From Tubiluchus corallicola (taxonomy: Eukaryota > Animalia > Priapulida): DNA of 64,000 nt. A program made the translations under genes and the position numbers. How positions within the stretch are numbered: position 1 is the first letter of the stretch; the number at the start of each line of letters is the position of its first letter. The notes beneath the pieces were generated by a model. That model saw only the letters and a program-made list of their open reading frames with translations, searched no databases and was not told where the DNA came from. Location: assembly GCA_030141605.1 (NCBI GenBank), contig JAQGDQ010000543.1:62001-126000 (forward strand), read 5' to 3'. This document shows, one piece after another, positions 56,251 to 64,000 of this stretch.

Positions 56251-56565
56251 TATACATTATAAATTAGTCAAAGATTGCCCAGATTGCCATTGTTGTGGTT
56301 ATCGTGTTTGTAAAAACAGATACAATAAAAAGTGTAAAAATGTCCAAAGTATTGATATACATTATAAATTAGTCAAAGATTGCCCAGATTGCCATTGTTG
56401 TGGTTATCGTGTTTGTAAAAACAGAAGCAATAAAAAGTGTAAAAATGTCCAAACTATTGATATACATTATAAATTAGTCAAAGATTGCCCAGATTGCCAT
56501 TGTTGTGGTTATCTTGTTTGTAAAAATAGATGTAATAAAAAGTGTAAAAATGTCCAAAGTATCGG
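56251..56565. repeat. 105-bp tandem repeat x3 covering the C-terminus/3'UTR of the disabled ORF
   Basis: TATACATTATAAATTAGTCAAAGATTGCCC... recurs at 56251, 56356 and 56461. Confidence 0.9.
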
Positions 56566-57092
56566 CAGTAGAGTAACGCGGACTGCGCGGCTCGAGCCTG
56601 ACTGTAGACTTCGCCGCAATGCCAAATGGCATGTTTTGTAGTATTCAACGGTACGCGAACCCTCGCAGCAGTAGTCGTACTTGTCGCGCAAGGTTTCCCA
56701 TGTTGTCCTTCCTTTCTTTTGGAGGTTTGGCCACGGTGTTGCCACACAAGTGAACGGAAGTGGTGCTGACAAGCCACTGGCATAGCAGTGTCTAGTTTTT
56801 TTGCTGGATTACTGCTACGTTTACCTGTCTGAAGGCAGATTTGTTTTATTTTAATTCTGCCTGCCCAATGTCTACAATAGATGTGACAGGTGTATGATGA
56901 TGATGATGATGATGATGACAAGTGAAACATCTATGCATGTCTTGAGTTCCTTCGCGAGTGCCTTTCTTACATCTTCCATTCTCCGTGCAGCCACCTCAGT
57001 TCTCTATAGTGTCCTTCTTGTTTCCAGCAAGCTTCTATTCTTGTTAACATGATTACAAGAACAAGAAAGACAACCGGCGTGGATTTATACAT
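56509..57092 (-). pseudogene. Disabled gene for a small secreted, possibly GPI-anchored, Cys-containing protein
   Basis: TTACAG|ATG followed by signal-peptide-like MYKSTPVVFLVLVIMLTRIEA. The 3' frame reads ...HCYASGLSAPLPFTCVATPW...KYDYCCEGSRTVEYYKTCHLALRRSLQSGSSRAVRVTLLPILWTFLHFLLHLFLQTR*. The middle needs frameshifts and stop read-through. Confidence 0.45.
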
Positions 57093-59736
57093 CTGTAACA
57101 CTACAAAACAGTGGAATAATTATTGTAATCGTAATGTCAAGATTAAGTCAAACACGGGTATAAGGGACATTCGCTTCTATTCTTGTTAACATGATTACAA
57201 GAACGAGAAAGACACCCGGTGTAGATTTATACATCTGTAACACTACAAAACAGTCGAATAATTATTGTAATCGTAATGTCAAGATTAAAGTCAAACACGG
57301 GTATAAGGGACATTTGCTTCTATTCTTGTTAACATGATTACAAGAACGAGAAAGACAGCTAGTGTGGATTTATACATCTGTAACACTACAAAAGAGTCGA
57401 ATAATTATTGTAATCGTAATGTCAAGATTAAAGTCAAACACGGGTGTAAGGGACATTTGCTTCTATTCTTGTTAACATGATTACAAGAACGAGAAAGACA
57501 GCTAGTGTGGATTTATACATCTGTAACACTACAAAACAGTGGAATAATTATTGTAATCGTAATGTCAAGATTAAAGTCAAACACGGGTGTAAGGGACATT
57601 TGCTTCTATTCTTGTTAACATGATTACAAGAACGAGAAAGACAGCTGGTGTGGATTTATACATCTGTAACATTACAAAAGAGTCGAATAATTATTGTAAT
57701 CGTAATGTCAAGATTAAGTCAAACACGGGTATAAGGGACATTCGCTTCTATTCTTGTTAACATGATTACAAGAACGAGAAAGACAGCTAGTGTGGATTTA
57801 TACATCTGTAACACTACAAAAGAGTCGAATAATTATTGTAATCGTAATGTCAAGATTAAAGTCAAACACGGGTATAAGGGACATTCGCTTCTATTCTTGT
57901 TAACATGATTACAAGAACGAGAAAGACAGCCGGCGTGGATTTATACATCTGTAACACTACAAAAGAGTCGAATAATTATTGTAATCGTAATGTCAAGATT
58001 AAAGTCAAACACGGGTGTAAGGGACATTTGCTTCTATTCTTGTTAACATGATTACAAGAACGAGAAAGACAGCTAGTGTGGATTTATACATCTGTAACAC
58101 TACAAAAGAGTCGAATAATTATTGTAATCGTAATGTCAAGATTAAAGTCAAACACGGGTATAAGGGACATTCGCTTCTATTCTTGTTAACATGATTACAA
58201 GAACGAGAAAGACAGCCGGCGTGGATTTATACATCTGTAACACTACAAAACAGTCGAATAATTATTGTAATCGTAATGTCAAGATTAAAGTCAAACACGG
58301 GTATAAGGGACATTCGCTTCTATTCTTGTTAACATGATTACAAGAACGAGAAAGACAGCTGGCGTAGATTTATACATCTGTAACACTACAAAACAGTGGA
58401 ATAATTATTGTAATCGTAATGTCAAGATTAAAGTCAAACACGGGTGTAAGGGACATTTGCTTCTATTCTTGTTAACATGATTACAAGAACGAGAAAGACA
58501 GCCGGTGTAGATTTATACATCTGTAACACTACAAAACAGTCGAATAATTATTGTAATCGTAATGTCAAGATTAAAGTCAAACACGGGTGTAAGGGACATT
58601 TGCTTCTATTCTTGTTAACATGATTACAAGAACGAGAAAGACAGCCGGTGTGGATTTATACATCTGTAACACTACAAAACAGTCGAATAATTATTGTAAT
58701 CGTAATGTAAAGATTAAAGTCAAACACGGGTATAAGGGACATTTGCTTCTATTCTTGTTAACATGATTACAAGAACGAGAAAGACAGCCGGCGTGGATTT
58801 ATACATCTGTAACACTACAAAACAGTCGAATAATTATTGTAATCGTAATGTCAAGATTAAAGTCAAACACGGGTATAAGGGACATTCGCTTCTATTCTTG
58901 TTAACATGATTACAAGAACGAGAAAGACAGCTGGCGTAGATTTATACATCTGTAACACTACAAAACAGTGGAATAATTATTGTAATCGTAATGTCAAGAT
59001 TAAAGTCAAACACGGGTGTAAGGGACATTTGCTTCTATTCTTGTTAACATGATTACAAGAACGAGAAAGACAGCCGGTGTAGATTTATACATCTGTAACA
59101 CTACAAAACAGTCGAATAATTATTGTAATCGTAATGTCAAGATTAAAGTCAAACACGGGTGTAAGGGACATTTGCTGCTATTCTTGTTAACATGATTACA
59201 AGAACGAGAAAGACAGCCGGTGTGGATTTATACATCTGTAACACTACAAAACAGTAGAATAATTATTGTAATCGTAATGTCAAGATTAAAGTCAAACACG
59301 GGTATAAGTGACATTCGCTTCTATTCTTGTTAACATGATTACAAGAACGAGAAAGACAGCCGGTGTGGATTTATACATCTGTAACACTACAAAACAGTCG
59401 AATAATTATTGTAATCGTAATGTCAAGATTAAAGTCAAACACGGGTGTAAGGGACATTTGCTTCTATTCTTGTTAACATGATTACAAGAACGAGAAAGAC
59501 AGCCGGTGTGGATTTATACATCTGTAACACTACAAAACAGTCGAATAATTATTGTAATCGTAATGTCAAGATTAAAGTCAAACACGGGTATAAGGAACAT
59601 TCGCTTCTATTCTTGTTAACATGATCACAAGAACTAGAAAGACAGCTGGTGTGGATTTATACATCTGTAACACTACAAAACAGTGGAATAATTATTGTAA
59701 TCGTAATGTCAAGATTAAAGTCAAACACGGGTATAA
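57031..59736 (-). repeat. 143-bp tandem array, ~19 copies; each unit = splice acceptor + 28-codon signal-peptide mini-ORF
   Basis: Minus-strand unit: ...GTGTTACAG ATG TAT AAA TCC ... GAA GCR AAT GTC CCT TAY ACC CGT GTT TGA (MYKSTPAVFLVLVIMLTRIEANVPYTRV*). Confidence 0.92.
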
Positions 59737-60799
59737 CGTACTTGCTTGAAAGGGACCACCAACACCTGTCCCCATTTTCGTAACGTTTTTCCCCATGTAA
59801 AAATCTTCGTATATATATGATGAAATGTAAATGGTGAAACTGCAATGACGATCTTTGTCTATTTTCCGAAGCACATTAAAAAGAGATTACGGAAGTTAAC
59901 AAAATAGTGGATTATTGTTTGGTATATCCCTTTTTTAAACATTTAAAATATTCAGATAAATAACGTAAATCACAAGATTTTCACACAATTGCAGTACTCG
60001 GCGTAATAATTAAAAAGTACCTGTGTTTTGTTTTCCTGGTATAACTATGTTCGATTGGCTTCGACAAAAAAACGAATTTCAATAAAAACCACTTTTCTGT
60101 ACAGCAGACATTCGTTTCATAATGTCACGTCACATGATCACAACAATTCTATTCTATTCAAGTTTATTGCGCAAACGCACTTCATTTACAGAGTCCACTT
60201 GCAAATTCTCCATTTTAACAAAATTAATGATAAAGAACATTATTCAAGAGCGCAAGTAAATGCAGATGGCTTAATTTAATACTAAATTGCAAACCATCAG
60301 CCGTATTAAAAGGAAGGAGTATGATTATAATCTTAAACTGTAACGACAGTGTAATTAACTAAAATGTTATTATAGTAAATTATCGCAGGTGTTTTTGATT
60401 TATTTTTAGTTCACACGAATCTCACTTTATTATTGAAGCTCCGTCTGTTTTAGACGTTTGGCAGCATAGTAGTAATTCGTAAGCTTTGGTTAATTAAGCG
60501 TAGCGGATATTAGCCTACATTTTCTGGTAATGATACTTTACTTTAATGACATGTCTATAGGAGGGGCCAAGCATATAAATATGAAATTGTACTACCATTA
60601 TACCTTTGACAAAGTGGTTATAGATTTTAGTTTGATATTTCAGGCGAATAGTGGACATTAATAAAACTCTTTTAGTTTTGAAAAGTTTGTAACACTTGAG
60701 AGCAAATTTTAAATGCATGGTTGCTCTCCATAATATTAGACAGTGCAGAAAATTTCACACTATGATATTTCCTTCTAATTTCAGTAGTTAAGTTACAGT

Positions 60800-61150
60800 T
60801 CATTAATACCTGTTTTTCTGTTTGTATCTCTGCGCATGTGCATAGTCTCTGGTTTCTCTGTTCACCGTCTCATGTACATAGCCTTCAGTTTCTCTGTTCA
60901 CCGTCTCATGTACATAGCCTTCAGTTTCTCTGTTCACCGTCTCATGTGCATAGTCTTTAGTTCCTCTGTTCCACGTCTCATGTACATAGTCTTTAGTTTC
61001 TCTGTTCACCGCCCCATCTATCGGTCTCTTAAGCGATGTGCTTGTAGCCTTAGTCGAGAGAAAGCTATACGGTATTTTTCTGTAGTAATCTCTGATATGT
61101 TTGGGGTTTTCAAGTCCGGGTTAAATTCAGTGACGTGCTTATTATGTTTG
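60800..61150 (-). mobile_element. Degenerate non-LTR ORF2 C-terminal remnant with an internal 33-bp tandem repeat
   Basis: Minus frame EKYRIAFSRLRLQAHRL resembles the R..L.+LR...H.L motif of L1/RTEX-type ORF2 ends. The repeat at 60835-61010 explains the 68-aa repetitive ORF. Confidence 0.35.
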
Positions 61151-63209
61151 TAAATATTAATATTAGAACTTCAAAATTTGTTGGAGAAAACGGCCAAGAA
61201 CGTAGTGCGACCTATTTTCAGTAGTGATTTAAACACATCGCAAAATTTGGTATTAATAAATCATAAGTCATTTATTTCACGTAACACATTTACAATGGTT
61301 TCACGTACAATATATAGTGAAAGGGCCTACAATGAACACAAATGAGTTTTTATTGTTTCTGCACAAGAAAAGCCTCAAACACTGTTCACCTATGTACAAA
61401 TGTAAATGTGTTGCGGGCAATCAAAAAGCAGGGCTTGTTAGATTTGTCACACACAGTGAAAGAAAAAAAGTAATGAAAATAATCTGAAAATTATGAAGTG
61501 AATCATGTGATAAAGAAAACATTTAGTGCTTCAGAATGGAATGACGTGATGGATGAAGCTCATATATGAGAATAATTTCATTCACCTGGTTTTAGTCATC
61601 ATCTGAACACCTGGGTAAAGGTTGTCATAGCAGTCATCATTTATTTTAGTAATTTTTATAATTATTGTACTGGACAGTGCTGCCCTCTGAGGCCAGCAGG
61701 CAGTTGCCTCAACTTGCCTGTCAGGTTGATGACTTTAGGTACCTGGCTTTGTGAAATGCTGCAGACACTTGGTCTATGATATGTTGGGTCTGGTCACATG
61801 AAATTTACAGATTTGTGTCTTGTTAACTGAATTATTATTTCCTGCTGTCTGCAGTTGCAATTGGTGTTTATTGTCTGTCACAGTTTTCTAATGGTGCTCT
61901 AATGTTTGGGCAAGGATGTACTGAAATTAACTGTATATGTGAAATGTTACTTTATGTAATTTGTTTGTGTATGTATTAATTTGAAGTTATTATATTCATA
62001 AAATATGTAAAATATGCTGCAATTTATTTATTTACATTTCTATATTGTTAATAGAATAAACAACTAATGTACACACTTATGTCTGGACTTGATGTTTGGA
62101 TTAGAGTGTTTGAGCATTCTTGTTCATTCTTGATGAAATGGGTCATGCATGCTACAATTATAATTATATATCCATACATATATATATATATATATATATA
62201 CATATATAGAAGTCAAACTTACATCTTTGCCACATCTTACTAACTTGCTAAAGAGAATTTTGCTATGACAAAATTTTGTGATAAAACGACGTGACGTACT
62301 AAACAAGAATGACTTCTTTCCTATCCTGTCTCCAAAATGAGGTCAATGGCCTATTTCCTTTCCTAGCTCACCTGTCTATCAACAGCCTAAATTTGCAAAA
62401 AACAAACACGAGGAGGCACCACGTGCTTATATCCAAAACACCCGCAATACTGTCCGATGGCGCTGTTACGTGACGTCATACACGCACAATGTAAATCAGG
62501 GGAAGAAAACGAAATGTTAAATTGTGTCCCAAAAAACTTTCCATGCAAAGTTATATTACTTAGTATTTCACTTACCTACTGGAAAGACTATCTATATAAA
62601 GAAAAAATATATATATACCACCTAAATTATCCTTTGATTGATATTTTGATATTTTTTAATAGTTTTTACCTTAGTTCACTCATTGAAATTGACATTGTCA
62701 TTCTACTTGATTTTTTCTCTCACTTTTTTCGATTTTTCTCAATTTCTCAATTTTTTCTACTTTAAACACTAATTGCTTAAAGACGTGCGCGTCATCATCA
62801 ATTTTTACATTCTGAATACATTATATTTTTAACTGCTTTTCGTTACAGGTGCTGTTGACCCTGGAGGGTGAGTCAGCGACATTTTACCAATTGGCACGAA
62901 CATTTTAAATTATTATTCCTGGTTACATAAGAATTTCCAGCAGCTAAGCGAAATACTAAGTAATATAACTTTGCATATAACATTTGTTTTCTTCCCGTGA
63001 TTTATATTGTGCGTGTATGACGTCACGTAACAGCGCCATTGGAACAGTAGTGCGGGAAATTTAAAATGAAAACAAACAAAAAATCCTTTTAACGCCAGTG
63101 CGGTATAAAAATAAAATTGCTGTAAAGTAATATAATTTTTTCAGGGGATTTTTTTCAAACCTACTTCAGGTACCCTCTTCTTGTATTTGGCAAAATATTA
63201 ACGTTAGAT

Positions 63210-63264
<55 letters not shown>

Positions 63265-63360
63265 GTATGTGTATGTGTATGTGTATGTATATGTGTATGT
63301 GTATGTGTATGTGTATGTGTGTGTGTGTTTGTGTGTGCGTGCGTGCGTGCATGTGTGTGT
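63210..63360. repeat. (TATATG/TGTATG)n and (TG)n microsatellite
   Basis: Directly visible. Confidence 0.9.
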
Positions 63361-64000
63361 GGTGTGACAAGTATACTTACACATAGTTTATTTGATACAC
63401 TAGTCTGACTTGGGACTCAATATTTTCCATAAATAAATAATTAGTACGTTACATGTTGTTGCGTGTCATGTCATGGTGTCAGTAACTCCAGTATGTTATG
63501 TTATGATTATTGTGTTACAGTTTATCACCATCAGGGGTCATCGCCGCCGTCATCGTCGTCGTCAATACCATACTCTTTCAGCATTGGTGAAAACAACCAA
63601 GATTTAGGCCTAGTTACCATGTTTGAGCTTACTGTGATTCACGAAAATCAATTTTAAATTGAATTGTGTAAACAGTTGTTGACCATGTTCAATTCTCACA
63701 TATTTAATTTTAACGTAAAGGATTAACAACTTGATAGTAAACGAAACAATAAGTGAGTAAGTCAGTGAGTCAGTCAGTGAATAAAGCTTTGTTAAAATGT
63801 TTTATCGTTTGTGAATACATTTGTCTGGAATACAATAACTTAATCACGCATGTTTTAAACATTGAAAGTTTTCACTTCTTCAAGCAGTCAAAGGGTTAAA
63901 AGCAATGATAAATTACAAAAATTACATGAGTGTAAATAATCACACAGTACGTACAAGAGTCAATCAGTCAGTCAGTCAGTTGGTTAATCAGCTGTTTGAA

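Noticed and set aside
56620-56680. Insulin A-chain-like motif CC-x3-(R)-x7-C
   Set aside because: The third Cys is Arg, the spacing is one residue short, and there is no convincing B chain.
56997-56999. TGA as selenocysteine in the Cys-rich frame
   Set aside because: The frame is not joined to the ATG without a frameshift, other disablements exist, and no SECIS was recognised.
57031-59736. CRISPR-like array (also 45067-46604, 172-668, 42743-43273)
   Set aside because: Units are repeated in full with no unique spacers; eukaryotic context; no cas genes.
59880-62800. Additional protein-coding gene
   Set aside because: Only isolated donor-like sites and CRE/E-box motifs near 62.4 kb; no coherent exon chain found.

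Overview
AT-rich, repeat-dense metazoan (probably non-vertebrate) genomic DNA; nothing prokaryotic (no CRISPR, no operons). Four intact genes were assembled by hand from GT-AG exons. They form two head-to-head pairs: DDX5/DDX17-type DEAD-box helicase (-, 13 exons, 704 aa) with COX11 (+, 5 exons, 315 aa), and an SLC16/MCT transporter (-, 5 coding exons, 444 aa) with DCAF13/Sof1 (+, intronless CDS, 442 aa). Introns and intergenic DNA hold MITEs (piggyBac-, Kolobok-, hAT-, Tigger-like, foldback), tRNA-SINEs, RTE/CR1 LINE remnants, an interstitial telomere-like array and several satellites. Best leads: (1) DDX5 intron 11 carries two 56-nt candidate poison exons and a nested, sense-strand-specific RNA structure with competing helices, a candidate helicase-sensing autoregulatory switch; (2) a 143-bp satellite is a ~19x amplification of a splice acceptor + ATG + signal-peptide mini-ORF at the head of a disabled secreted/GPI-type gene; (3) an inverted copy of the COX11 exon-3 acceptor sits in intron 4; (4) a 5S rRNA head is fused to an RTE-5'UTR-like body. 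Exon coordinates were read by eye; repeat boundaries are approximate.
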